A stretch of 64,000 nucleotides of DNA from Epithemia pelagica (taxonomy: Eukaryota > Protista > Bacillariophyta): contig OX337242.1 of the NCBI GenBank assembly GCA_946965045.2, forward strand, positions 2,604,001-2,668,000, given 5' to 3'. Positions 37,101-48,125 of this stretch are shown in pieces; position 1 is the stretch's first letter; each line of letters opens with the position of its first letter. A program made the translations under genes and the position numbers. The notes beneath the pieces were generated by a model, which saw only the letters and a list, made by a program, of their open reading frames with translations, was not told where the DNA came from and did not search any database.

Positions 37101-39618
37101 TGCAAAGGGCAAGATCATCCATCGTACCTCAATATGGCCGATCAAGAAAGAGACACGATTGGATGATGGATTCAAGGAAGCATCAGCTGCCTATACCACG
37201 CAATTAACAGCGGCATTGGGCCATAGAATGGCCGGGATTCCTCTCGCTGAAGACGAGCACGACGAGTATGGTGATGAGACACCAACGTTTGAAGCATACG
37301 AAGATGATGAGCAGAGTGACATGCGTGTCCCAGAGGCGGACGATTATGCCCCAGACGCATACGACAAATTGATCTCTGCAAAGGTCATCCTACCTGTTGG
37401 AGACAACAATCGAAAGGGGACTGTCCGCAAGCGAAAGAGGGATGAAGATGGAAAGGTGATTGGCAGAGCATCAAACAACCCCTACATGGACACTACGCTC
37501 TATGAAGTAGAATTCGATGATGGATTGGTGCAAACCTACGCTGCCAATATCATCGCAGAGAATATCTTTGAGCAATTGGACGATGAGGGTAACGTCTACA
37601 AACTCATTGACGAAATCACTGGCCATAAGAGCGACAACTCTGCAATACCAATTAGTGATGGAGAATTCCAACTAAACGGACGAACGCACAAGAAGCGCAC
37701 AACAAAGGGATGGTGGCTCTGCGTGCAGTGGAAGAACGGTTCCACAAGCTGGGAAGCCGTAAAAGATATGAAGGAGTCATATCCTATCGAAGTAGCTGAA
37801 TATGCGGTTGCCAATCGCATCGACAAAGAACCAGCCTTTGTGTGGTGGGTGCCATTCCCCCTGCGTCGTCGGGCAAGACTAATCAAGGCAGCCACAAGCA
37901 CACGCTACATGCGCAAGTGGCAGAAACATGGCATCGAAATCCCCAAAACCGTCGAACGTGCACTCGAAATAGACCGTGAGACGGGCACGGATTATTGGCG
38001 CAAGGCATTGCAACTGGAAATATCCAAGATTTTCCCTGCGGTCAAGATTTTAGATGAAGGTGTTGGTGCTCCTGTGGGGTATCAGACCATCCCTTGTCAC
38101 ATCGTCTTCGATGTGAAGATGGACTTCACCCGCAAGGCACGCTATGTGGCTGGAGGCCACAAGACCGACGATCCAGAGACTCCCACATATGCGAGCGTGG
38201 TGAGCCGTGAAAGCGTTCGCATTGGATTCTTGTTGGCTGCTTTAAATGGGTTAGAAGTCCTTACGGCAGACATAGCCGGTGCATATCTAAACGCGCCGTG
38301 TCATGAAAAAGTCTGCACAGTCTGTGGACTCGAATTTGGTGCTGAAAATAAAGGAAGGATCGCTATCATTCAGAAGGCGCTCTACGGACTAAAAACTAGC
38401 GCCTACGCGTGGCGAGAGCATTTATCGACTACGCTTTATACAGCCCTTGGATATCGCTCCTGTCGGGCAGACCCTGACGTCTACATCCGTCCATCACAGA
38501 AGCCGAATGGGGAAAAATACTATGAAATGATATTTGTCTACACCGATGATATTCTCATCGTGTCACACAAAGCTATGGAAACGCTCACCATGTTGGATCA
38601 ACATTATTTGTTGAAGCCGGATTCCATTGGCATTCCCACAATCTACCTTGGGAATCAAGTCCAGTCGCTCGATATTAATGGCGATGCAACACAGAGATGC
38701 TGGGCCCTCAGTTCAGATAAATATGTGAAAGCTGCTATCAAGAATGTGACAGCATGGCTAGAAGAACGAGAGCGAAAGCTTAAGACACGTGCACCAAGTG
38801 TGTTACCATGCGGGTACCGTCCAGAATTGGACACATTGCCCTATTGTGATCCAGAGATGCACAACTTTTACCAACAGCAAATCGGCGTCCTGAGATGGAT
38901 AGTCGAACTTGGAAGGATTGACGTAACAGCGGAGGTCTCGATGCTAGCGGCCTTCCTTGCCGGTCCACGTGAAGGACACGTTGAGGCAATGCTGCACTTG
39001 TTTGCCTACCTCAATCTCCATGATCGCTCACGCTTAGTGTTGGACCCTTCGTATATTGAGCATGGAGAAGAACCCACGTCTGATTGGAGTGGTTTCTATC
39101 CCGAGGCAGTGGAAGACATACCACCCGACATGCCAGAACCTTTGGGCAAGGCCGTGCAAATAACCGCCTTTGTGGATTCGGACCACGCCGGTGACTTGTT
39201 GACAAGACAATCAAGGACAGGTATCCTGATATACGTGAATCGAAGTCCGATAGCTTGGTATAGTAAGAAACAAACGAGTGTGGAGACGTCTACGTTCGGC
39301 TCGGAATTCATGGCGCTCAAGGTGGGTGTGGAAATGATAAAAGGGCTACGCTACAAGTTGAGGATGATGGGTGTACCTCTGGATGGGCATGCCCATGTAC
39401 GCGTCGACAATATGTCTGTGGTCTATAACAGTTCCTTGCCAGAGTCCACCCTTCGAAAGAAGTCCAACTCGGTGGCTTATCACTATGTACGGGAAAACGT
39501 GGCGAATGGTACTTGCAAAGTTGCCTATGAGCCATCAAAAACGAATTTGGCTGATCTACTAACAAAGATCCAAACTGGACCAGAGCGTACACGCTTGGCC
39601 AAGATGATCTTATTCTGA
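34199..39618 (+). pseudogene. Ty1/copia (CoDi-like) gag-pol, defective
   Basis: gag runs from ATG 34199 with an in-frame TAA at 34574. An in-frame TGA at 35624 precedes the protease (ELDSHADT). There is a frameshift near 35905 and a TGA at 36130. The 1159-aa IN-RT-RH ORF carries YTDTL, IPDNA, NLAE, VFDVK, YTDD and DSDHAGD..WYSKKQ. Confidence 0.95.
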
Positions 39619-39928
39619 ATGGAGTAACGTTTCCCGCCTTCGGGGTCTGGGTACGTCCTGCCTCCCATATGGGAGCTCTCTACAAGCAGGTTGTGATATC
39701 ATGATAATGATGATTGAGAATGAATGAATGATGAAGGAGAATGAATGAGCACGATATGACTACACATTTGCATAGCTATCGTGAGGGGACCAAGAACCGC
39801 GACTGATATTGAGCGAAATTTGGGCGAGTAGCTAAGCCAAGAGGAAAGCATAGCTTAAGGTCTCACTAATACGATTTTCACTCCGTAACCTTGTTCGTAA
39901 TTTGATTCTGTTGCCTTCGGGGGAGAGT

Positions 39929-40081
39929 TGTTATAATGGATGATCGTGGATTAAGTTGCAATCTGTCGATTATCGATTGCGCCCATCGCTACCGTCAATC
40001 AAGATTCACGACCCAGATTCGTTCGGTACTCCTCAGCGCACATTATATGAACATACAATAGACAAAGAATAAACTACTACA
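39929..40081 (+). repeat. Probable 3' LTR of the 34-39.6 kb copia; right end uncertain (40081 or 40116)
   Basis: TGTTATAAT follows the purine tract GGGGGAGAG. AATAAA and ...CTACA occur at 40081. No second copy exists to confirm the boundary. Confidence 0.55.
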
Positions 40082-40699
40082 AGATGGGAAGTGGATCTTT
40101 GGGGACCCAAGATTCAGCCTAATAAGGCCATAACCCAGCCAGATTCTTTCCCTGTTCCCTCCTGTTGCCTCAAGAGAGCATTTATGTAAAACTGACAGTT
40201 CGCATAGATTTTCTTTTGATCATTATTATTTGGCCATAAGAAGAAAATGGCCTGATATTCGCATTTAAGCCTGAATAATCATGATAATTGGTAGCGAATT
40301 GTCCGTTCGTATACTACGTCGCGCATGGTTGGGGAAGCGAGAGTCCAACCAAAACAACGATCAGCCACAAACCAAGAAAAAAAGAGAGGCAATCATTTTG
40401 GATATCATAAAACCCAAATCCAACAAACTCACTCACTCGCTCACTTTCATTACCACAAGCCCAAGTCAAAATGTTGATGAACCAACGTTCTGCCTGCGCC
40501 ATGGCCGAAGCCATTGCCGCCAAGGAGGCCCGTCGCAAGGCCTTGCGCGAAAAGAAGCAACGCATGCTGGAAGAAGGCAGCGTCGGTGACATTACCACCT
40601 CCTCGGGATACTCGGACAGTGCCGCCAATAGCTTGTCGGTTCCCTCGCATGTCGGTGTCTCTCGCAAACCGTCCTTGACACCCTCCACTTCTTTGTCGT

Positions 40700-41457
40700 T
40701 GTTAGGATTCTCACCGAAAACTAGGTGGCGAAACCTACAACTCATCGAATGATGCTAGTATTTTATGGCATCCGATGACATTTTCCTAAAAGTGAGAAAA
40801 GAATGTCGGCATGCTCGCGGAAGTATAAATTTGGCCACGGCATGCTCGCATTGCACGCGTTATCGGCGACCGCTCGGATATTAACTATGGCCCAACACGT
40901 GCGCGCCCAAAACTATCAAGTGCGCGCCTCTACTATCCGAGTACGCGCATCCACGATTCGACCTAACGGTCTATGTAATCAAAGCACGAATCACGATCAC
41001 GCGAGACCATATCTCTGTTCCCACAAATCCAAGAATGCAAACAGCAACGCGCCCAGGACAAGACTTATACCACGACAAAGCAAGAGCTGTTGCATCCCAT
41101 ACATGTTATCCATCACCCTATACATTCAATATACACCAATGCCGGTCTACTCCAACCAGTGAGGACCTATCACACCAGATCCATGGCCGTATACAAGAGC
41201 CAGGACTTCGGCACCATCAACCACCTTAGTTAGTAATCGTCTCACAATCATTAATATCACCATTTTAACACTCATCTTAAGACTAACCTCTTATCAGTGG
41301 ACCGACTGCCCCCACCCACGGCGGACTTCGACTTGCAACTCTTCTCTGACCCGTGGAGGATTGTTGTATCGGTTGGTGATTCGATTGTCGGCTCAGCGAG
41401 CCTTTTACCTATCCTACCTATCTGTCTAACCCCTGTTGAATCGAGAGAAGTTTATCA
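40700..41457 (+). repeat. 5' LTR (758 bp)
   Basis: TGTTAGG...TTTATCA, repeated at 47368-48125. Confidence 0.96.
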
Positions 41458-41495
41458 GATTAACAGTCTCATCGTTTATTTCCGAGAAGCTTTCG

Positions 41496-42251
41496 ATGTC
41501 TCACGACGATTCCAACCTCTCTATTCGACACATCTTTCATTCCTTCCAACAAAGCGGGGAGGAACTCCATCCACCCGTGTCCCATCCGGGCGAGCCCTTG
41601 ATTGAAACTCCGAAACAGACCCCGACTCAGGCCAGTGCTCCGAATCCCTTCCAGACCCCGGACCAAGTGGTCCAGCCTCCTTCGATTCCGACTCACCCTT
41701 CGACTCCGCCTCGCCGTTTGAACCCTACTCGCACCCGACGTACGAGCCGCCTTCTTACTGCGCATATCCGACACTTCCGCGAGCCAACTGAGTCGACTAC
41801 CGACCCCGACGTGATCCGTTCCACAACCGAACGCGAGATCGATTTCCAGTCCGTCCAACCCGTGACTGACCTTGAGGACATCCAACGACTTCTCGACCTC
41901 TTGTACCAGTGCTCGAGACGCCGTTTCATTGTCCAAGCCCTGTTGGGCAACCCTGTGGAACCCATCCGTATCCGATTCATCTCCTTTGAACGTCCAACCA
42001 ACTACTTCCACACCATCTGGATCGTCAACTCGACGACGAATCCGCTACCTACCCCGACTACTCGTCTCGACGAGTACGTCTCCTTTGTTCACGAGATCCA
42101 TCTCTGCCAGGATTTCCGTGCGACTATCTACCCTCTCTTCACTCAACACGTGAACCACTTGTTGGAAGACGACGACGTTGAAGAACTAGCCACTACAGTG
42201 ACCGATTCCGCATCTCGTCTTCAGTACCGAGCCGAAAGTGACCAAGAATAA
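41496..42251 (+). CDS. Extra ORF (251 aa from ATG 41496) between the 5' LTR and gag, function unknown
   Basis: Uninterrupted ORF with a Pro/Thr-rich N-half and a globular-looking C-half. It is separate from gag-pol. Confidence 0.55.
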   Translation: MSHDDSNLSIRHIFHSFQQSGEELHPPVSHPGEPLIETPKQTPTQASAPNPFQTPDQVVQPPSIPTHPSTPPRRLNPTRTRRTSRLLTAHIRHFREPTESTTDPDVIRSTTEREIDFQSVQPVTDLEDIQRLLDLLYQCSRRRFIVQALLGNPVEPIRIRFISFERPTNYFHTIWIVNSTTNPLPTPTTRLDEYVSFVHEIHLCQDFRATIYPLFTQHVNHLLEDDDVEELATTVTDSASRLQYRAESDQE

Positions 42252-42565
42252 GTAACTTTACGTAGTTTCTACACCAAACCAGACACAAGACCGAGTTCCG
42301 CACATCCGGGTACCCTTGGTCGCACAACACGCCACACATTCCCGTCAAATCGCGAAAATTCAGCGAAAATTTGTTGAAACTCGGCGAAAATATGTCGGAA
42401 TCAACGGAAATTTCCATGAGTCGCACATCACAACACACATCCGGGTATCACATACGTGGTACATACGTGGCACACGTGGTACATCCGGGTTCACATCACA
42501 TCACACATTAAATAAACCACATCACACCGCACATTAAATAAACATCGAACCAACCAAATCACACC

Positions 42566-45500
42566 ATGGATCCTCAATCACCCAAGACACCGTTTACTCC
42601 TCCTGAGGACAAGTCAAGTCATATAACCAACCAAGATCTCTTCGACCATATAACTAAAGGCATCTTTGATTGTAATGATGAACGAGCCCAATCACTTCAA
42701 AAGTGGATGCGACATCATGGTTTTGAACATATCCTTCATGTCCTCGACCATGTTGCAACTGATCCCGAGGAGACACTCAAGGATCTCATGCAATACAAGG
42801 TTGGAAAACAAGTCAACGACCTACAGACAAGTACAAGATTACAACTCAAACTAATGGCATATTGGTTACTACAACAACGGCAACTCCAACATGGAAAACT
42901 ACCCCGTGCTACATGGATGAACCTCACGAGGGACCAATATGACGATTGGAGGATCAACACCGACTTTACCAAGTCTGGTATGAACCAAGACCCAGTTTCT
43001 CCTCTGAAATCACCTACACACTCCGTATCATCCCGATCTCCCACTACATCCTCTACAACATCTCAATCCATGTTAGATCTCTCTGCTTTCAAGAAAGGAA
43101 CCAAAAGAGATGCAACAACATTTGAATCATTCAAAGACGAACGATACTTTGATTTGTTTTGGCGTGTATTCAAATCAACTGCGAAAGCACAAGGATTGTC
43201 GAATGTTCTTGATTTCGATTACAAGGTACCCAAGGATGACGAATGCGCAGAGTTACTTTTCCGAGAACAACAAGTCTTTGTCTATTCTGTACTTGTACGT
43301 ATTATCCAAACCGACCAAGGAAGAGCATATGTTCGAGAACATGAACATGATGAAGATGCAAGAGCCGTCTTGAAGAAACTCCATGTTCTACACACTGAAT
43401 CTGATCTAGCTAAGCGAGAAGTGTTACGCCTAACAAGCTACATTTCGAATCTTCGACTGGATGACTCTTGGCGTGGTACAACTCGTCAGTTTCTCCTACA
43501 TTTTCAAGAACAGCTACGACTTCTGGATAACCTTGTACCACTGTCGGATCGTATCCATGACCATACAAGGATGACCTTCCTTATGCAAGCTGTTGAAAAG
43601 GTACCTGATTTAAGACGAGTCAAGATCTTGGATAACGTTGTCAACACAAAATCTGGAGCCAAGTCTCTCTGTTATCAATCATATTTCCGCCTGCTTCTTG
43701 ATGCTGCTTTTGACCACGACCAAGCTACCCGAACTTCTGCGTCTAACCGCCGTCGTCATGTAAAGCAACATGAATTTCAGTTGGATGAACCTTTTGAACC
43801 AGTGGAGCCCCCTGACTGCCAGATCAACAACACGAATATCCAATCCGAAAAGTCCCCAACTTCGTCGAAAATCAGCCTTCCAAGAGATGTATGGTTTAAA
43901 CTCTCTGAAGAGGATCGGCAAATCATTGTCGACTTCAATAAATCCGTCCAAGATTCCCCGACAACTCCACGCAAGGTCCAAACACATTCTCTTGACATTG
44001 ATCCTGAACCGGACCCTGATCCTGATGCCAACAACATTGGTGATACCCATCAAGATGCACCAGAACAAGATCCATTCGATACATCCTCTGATCCGGTTAC
44101 CCAGTTCGTACACCAGGCTATTGCATCGACAGATATCAATCATCCAGCATCTGACCTCAGCAACATCTTGTCAACTTCTACGACAAAGTCAAGTCCTAAA
44201 GTCAAGTTCAAGTCTTCTGCCGATCACAAGCAAAAGGTTCATATGTCACGATATCTATTCTCCCGCAAATCCACCTTTTCTGGTAATCAACTCATCGATC
44301 GAGGTGCCAATGGAGGCCTTGCAGGATCTGACATGCGTATCCTTGCCAAAACCGGACGTCATATTACCATCGTAGGTATTGACAATCATGAATTGACTGG
44401 CCTTCCAGTTGTTACCTGTGCTGCCAAGTTTGATACAAGTGATGGACCCATTATTGGTATCTTCAATGAGTATGCCCACTATGGAAAGGGTTTATCTATC
44501 CATGCCCCAGCGCAATTTGAACATTTCGGCCTATCTGTCGACGAACGATCCGTCAAGGTTGATGGCAAACAACGCATTACTACCCTTGATGGACGTGCAT
44601 TGCCCTTACGAATCAAGGATGGCCTTGCATACATTCAATCTCTGGGAATCCCTTCTGATGACGATATGGATAAATATCCGCATATTGTGTTCACTTCACC
44701 CCATATCTGGGATCCTTCTGTACTTGACCATACCCATCCAGACCCCCATCAAGACCCTGCACCGAACTGGACATCTGTGGAGACTGATGGTAGTATGGAA
44801 ACGTACCCCTATGACCAATATGGGGAGTATACCGATCGCGTTGTATGCACTTTGAATCTCCTCCTTGATCTCCCATATGATCATGGCCCCGATACACCTT
44901 CCTTCTTTTCCATCTATGCTGATCAAGATGGCAACGACCCCACACTTCATGCGTCTGTCCACAAACTCTACAAGGAACAATACGACTGGAAGAAATTTCG
45001 CCCTTTCTTTGGGTGGCAATCGGAAGACGTAATCGCCGATACGTTCAAGCATACAACTCGTCATGGACACATTTCCTTTGACCAGGGTACCTTGAAGAAA
45101 CACTTTAAGGCCCGGAATCCTATCCTTAACCTACCACGACGGCATGAACCCGTTGCCACTGACTCCATCTTCTCCGACACCCCGGCTGTTAACCATGGTG
45201 GCAAGATTGCTCAGATTTTTGTTGGTCGTGATACTTTGGTTACTGACATTTATGGTATCAAGTCTACCAAGCAATTCGTCAATACCCTCCAGGATAACAT
45301 TCGTACACGTGGTGTCATGGAGACTTTGATCAGTGATGGTGGTTCGTCACTTATTTCCCACAAGGTCAAGGATATTCTTCGCACCCTTCTGATTGGTGAA
45401 TACCGTTCCGAGCCCTATCATCAACACCAGAACAAAGCTGAGAACCGCTACCAGACCGTTAAGCGTATGACCAATGCTATCATGAATGCCTCTGGTTGCC

Positions 45501-47392
45501 CTGCTTCTGCATGGTTACTTTGTTTAGAATATGTGTGTGACCTCCTCAATCACACTTCCTCTCCCACCCACTCTGGCCGCACCCCTCTTGAGGCTCTCAC
45601 CGGTACCCCACCCGACATTACCCATCTCCTTTTCTTTCCTTTCTGGGATGAGGTCTACTATCGTGTCGACCCTTCTGAACCTACCTCCGGTTCTTACCCT
45701 TCGTCTCCCGACGAGAAGATTGGCCACTGGGTTGGTTTTGCCCACAATGTTGGTGATGCCTTTACTTGGAAGATCCTCACTGCCGACAACGTCATCATCT
45801 ACCGTTCCGCTGTCCGTCGCGTTGCCTCCACTACCCCCAACCTTCGTGTGGATATCTCTTCAGGGGAGGAGTCGCCGCATAAACCCACTGACAAGCAAGG
45901 TGACACTGTCTTTATTCGCAGCAGAAGTGAAGACCCATCCACACCTATGCCAACAATTGACTACGACGATTTAGTTGGACGCACATTCCTTTGTGACACT
46001 GAAGAGAATGGGGAGCGCCACCGAGCACGAGTAATCAAACGAGTTGTCGACCTGGAACAAGATGCAACCAAACAAGAAGATCGACTCAAATATATCTTTC
46101 GCAAGTCTAACTCCAATGTTGATGAGATGATCTCCTACAACCAGCTCATGGAATACATTGAAAGGGATAATCAAGCCAAAATAACAGGGGATAGTCTCTT
46201 CCGATTCAGAGACGTTATTGCACACCAAGGACCTTTGAACTCAAGCAACCCAGACTATAAAGGGAGTAAATATAATGTCCTTGTTGATTGGGAGACTGGG
46301 GAGACGACATACGAACCTCTATCTCTTATTGCAAATGATGACCCCATCACAGTCGCCATCTATGCCAAGAAAAATGGTTTGCTGGATCTACCTGGATGGA
46401 AACATCTCAAGCGATACGTCAAGACAAGCAAAAGACTCATTCGAGCAGCTAAACAATCCAGGATCAAACAAGTTCGTCGCTCTATCAAGTACAACTTTGG
46501 TTTCCAAGTACCTCGCACCTATGAAGAAGCAGTGGAACTAGACAAGCAATTTGGGAACACGAAATGGCAAGACGCAACAGAATTGGAACTCTCACAGATC
46601 CAATCGTATAACACTTTCAAGGACCATGGAAAAGCCAAGTTCATTAATGGGAAATTGGCCAATGCACCAGAAGGATATCATAAGATAAGAGTACATCTGG
46701 TCTTTGATGTCAAGCATGACGAAAGGCACAAGGCACGACTTGTCGCAGATGGACATCTCACCAAGGAACCCATTGAGACCATCTATTCAGGGGTTGTCTC
46801 CATTTGCAACCTTCGCATTGCCATATTTCTTGGAACCATGAACGACATGGAAATATGGGGAGCAGATAATGGGAACGCATACCTAGAAGCATTGACAGGA
46901 GAGAAGATTTTCATCATTGCAGGACCAGAGTTCAAGGAGTTAGAAGGACATATCTTGATCATCTACAAGGCATTATATGGTCTCAAATCCTCAGGTGCTC
47001 GCTGGCATGACAGACTGTTTGATGTTCTCATTGATATGGGATTTTCTCCAAGCAAGGCTGACCCTGATATTTGGATGAAGAAAGCTCCTGGAGAAGACTG
47101 TTATGAATATATCGCTGTATATGTTGATGACTTAGCTATCGTTGCCATGGACCCTGAAGCTGTCTGCAAGATCTTTACAGAAAAATACAACTTCAAACTC
47201 AAAGGAGTCGGACCTATCGAGTATCATTTGGGGTGTCGTTATACCAAAGATCCAGACGGTACACTTGTGTCTGACCCACGAAGGTACATCGAGAAGATGA
47301 TGGATAAGGAAAAATCCAGGAAAGTGATGAGGGAATTGACAATCCTCATTCGACGAATTGTGGGGAGTGTTAGGATTCTCACCGAAAACTAG
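42566..47392 (+). CDS. Copia gag-pol polyprotein (1608 aa), truncated in RT
   Basis: Gag, protease LIDRGANGG, integrase ATDSI/ISDGG/NKAENR and RT YVDDL. After RYIEKMMD the frame jumps to the pre-LTR segment and ends inside the LTR. Confidence 0.95.
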   Translation: MDPQSPKTPFTPPEDKSSHITNQDLFDHITKGIFDCNDERAQSLQKWMRHHGFEHILHVLDHVATDPEETLKDLMQYKVGKQVNDLQTSTRLQLKLMAYWLLQQRQLQHGKLPRATWMNLTRDQYDDWRINTDFTKSGMNQDPVSPLKSPTHSVSSRSPTTSSTTSQSMLDLSAFKKGTKRDATTFESFKDERYFDLFWRVFKSTAKAQGLSNVLDFDYKVPKDDECAELLFREQQVFVYSVLVRIIQTDQGRAYVREHEHDEDARAVLKKLHVLHTESDLAKREVLRLTSYISNLRLDDSWRGTTRQFLLHFQEQLRLLDNLVPLSDRIHDHTRMTFLMQAVEKVPDLRRVKILDNVVNTKSGAKSLCYQSYFRLLLDAAFDHDQATRTSASNRRRHVKQHEFQLDEPFEPVEPPDCQINNTNIQSEKSPTSSKISLPRDVWFKLSEEDRQIIVDFNKSVQDSPTTPRKVQTHSLDIDPEPDPDPDANNIGDTHQDAPEQDPFDTSSDPVTQFVHQAIASTDINHPASDLSNILSTSTTKSSPKVKFKSSADHKQKVHMSRYLFSRKSTFSGNQLIDRGANGGLAGSDMRILAKTGRHITIVGIDNHELTGLPVVTCAAKFDTSDGPIIGIFNEYAHYGKGLSIHAPAQFEHFGLSVDERSVKVDGKQRITTLDGRALPLRIKDGLAYIQSLGIPSDDDMDKYPHIVFTSPHIWDPSVLDHTHPDPHQDPAPNWTSVETDGSMETYPYDQYGEYTDRVVCTLNLLLDLPYDHGPDTPSFFSIYADQDGNDPTLHASVHKLYKEQYDWKKFRPFFGWQSEDVIADTFKHTTRHGHISFDQGTLKKHFKARNPILNLPRRHEPVATDSIFSDTPAVNHGGKIAQIFVGRDTLVTDIYGIKSTKQFVNTLQDNIRTRGVMETLISDGGSSLISHKVKDILRTLLIGEYRSEPYHQHQNKAENRYQTVKRMTNAIMNASGCPASAWLLCLEYVCDLLNHTSSPTHSGRTPLEALTGTPPDITHLLFFPFWDEVYYRVDPSEPTSGSYPSSPDEKIGHWVGFAHNVGDAFTWKILTADNVIIYRSAVRRVASTTPNLRVDISSGEESPHKPTDKQGDTVFIRSRSEDPSTPMPTIDYDDLVGRTFLCDTEENGERHRARVIKRVVDLEQDATKQEDRLKYIFRKSNSNVDEMISYNQLMEYIERDNQAKITGDSLFRFRDVIAHQGPLNSSNPDYKGSKYNVLVDWETGETTYEPLSLIANDDPITVAIYAKKNGLLDLPGWKHLKRYVKTSKRLIRAAKQSRIKQVRRSIKYNFGFQVPRTYEEAVELDKQFGNTKWQDATELELSQIQSYNTFKDHGKAKFINGKLANAPEGYHKIRVHLVFDVKHDERHKARLVADGHLTKEPIETIYSGVVSICNLRIAIFLGTMNDMEIWGADNGNAYLEALTGEKIFIIAGPEFKELEGHILIIYKALYGLKSSGARWHDRLFDVLIDMGFSPSKADPDIWMKKAPGEDCYEYIAVYVDDLAIVAMDPEAVCKIFTEKYNFKLKGVGPIEYHLGCRYTKDPDGTLVSDPRRYIEKMMDKEKSRKVMRELTILIRRIVGSVRILTEN

Positions 47393-48125
47393 GTGGCGAA
47401 ACCTACAACTCATCGAATGATGCTAGTATTTTATGGCATCCGATGGCATTTTCCTAAAAGTGAGAAAAGAATGTCGGCATGCTCGCGGAAGTATAAATTT
47501 GGCCACGGCATGCTCGCATTGCACGCGTTATCGGCGACCGCTCGGATATTAACTATGGCCCAACACGTGCGCGCCCAAAACTATCAAGTGCGCGCCTCTA
47601 CTATCCGAGTACGCGCATCCACGATTCGACCTAACGGTCTATGTAATCAAAGCACGAATCACGATCACGCGAGACCATATCTCTGTTCCCACAAATCCAA
47701 GAATGCAAACAGCAACGCGCCCAGGACAAGACTTATACCACGACAAAGCAAGAGCTGTTGCATCCCATACATGTTATCCATCACCCTATACATTCAATAT
47801 ACACCAATGCCGGTCTACTCCAACCAGTGAGGACCTATCACACCAGATCCATGGCCGTATACAAGAGCCAGGACTTCGGCACCATCAACCACCTTAGTTA
47901 GTAATCGTCTCACAATCATTAATATCACCATTTTAACACTCATCTTAAGACTAACCTCTTATCAGTGGACCGACTGCCCCCACCCACGGCGGACTTCGAC
48001 TTGCAACTCTTCTCTGACCCGTGGAGGATTGTTGTATCGGTTGGTGATTCGATTGTCGGCTCAGCGAGCCTTTTACCTATCCTACCTATCTGTCTAACCC
48101 CTGTTGAATCGAGAGAAGTTTATCA
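47368..48125 (+). repeat. 3' LTR (758 bp)
   Basis: Direct repeat of 40700-41457. Confidence 0.96.

Larger units (their letters stand above)
40700..48125 (+). mobile_element. Ty1/copia LTR retrotransposon lacking the RT C-terminus and RNase H
   Basis: 758-bp LTRs at 40700-41457 and 47368-48125, with one mismatch seen (GATGAC/GATGGC). TSD GTCGT (40695-40699 / 48126-48130). PPT-like TGGGGAG precedes the 3' LTR. Confidence 0.97.

Noticed and set aside
40803-41162. LTR-encoded protein, also at 47393-47830
   Set aside because: The two copies match only because the LTRs do, and the frame is not preserved in the related solo LTR.
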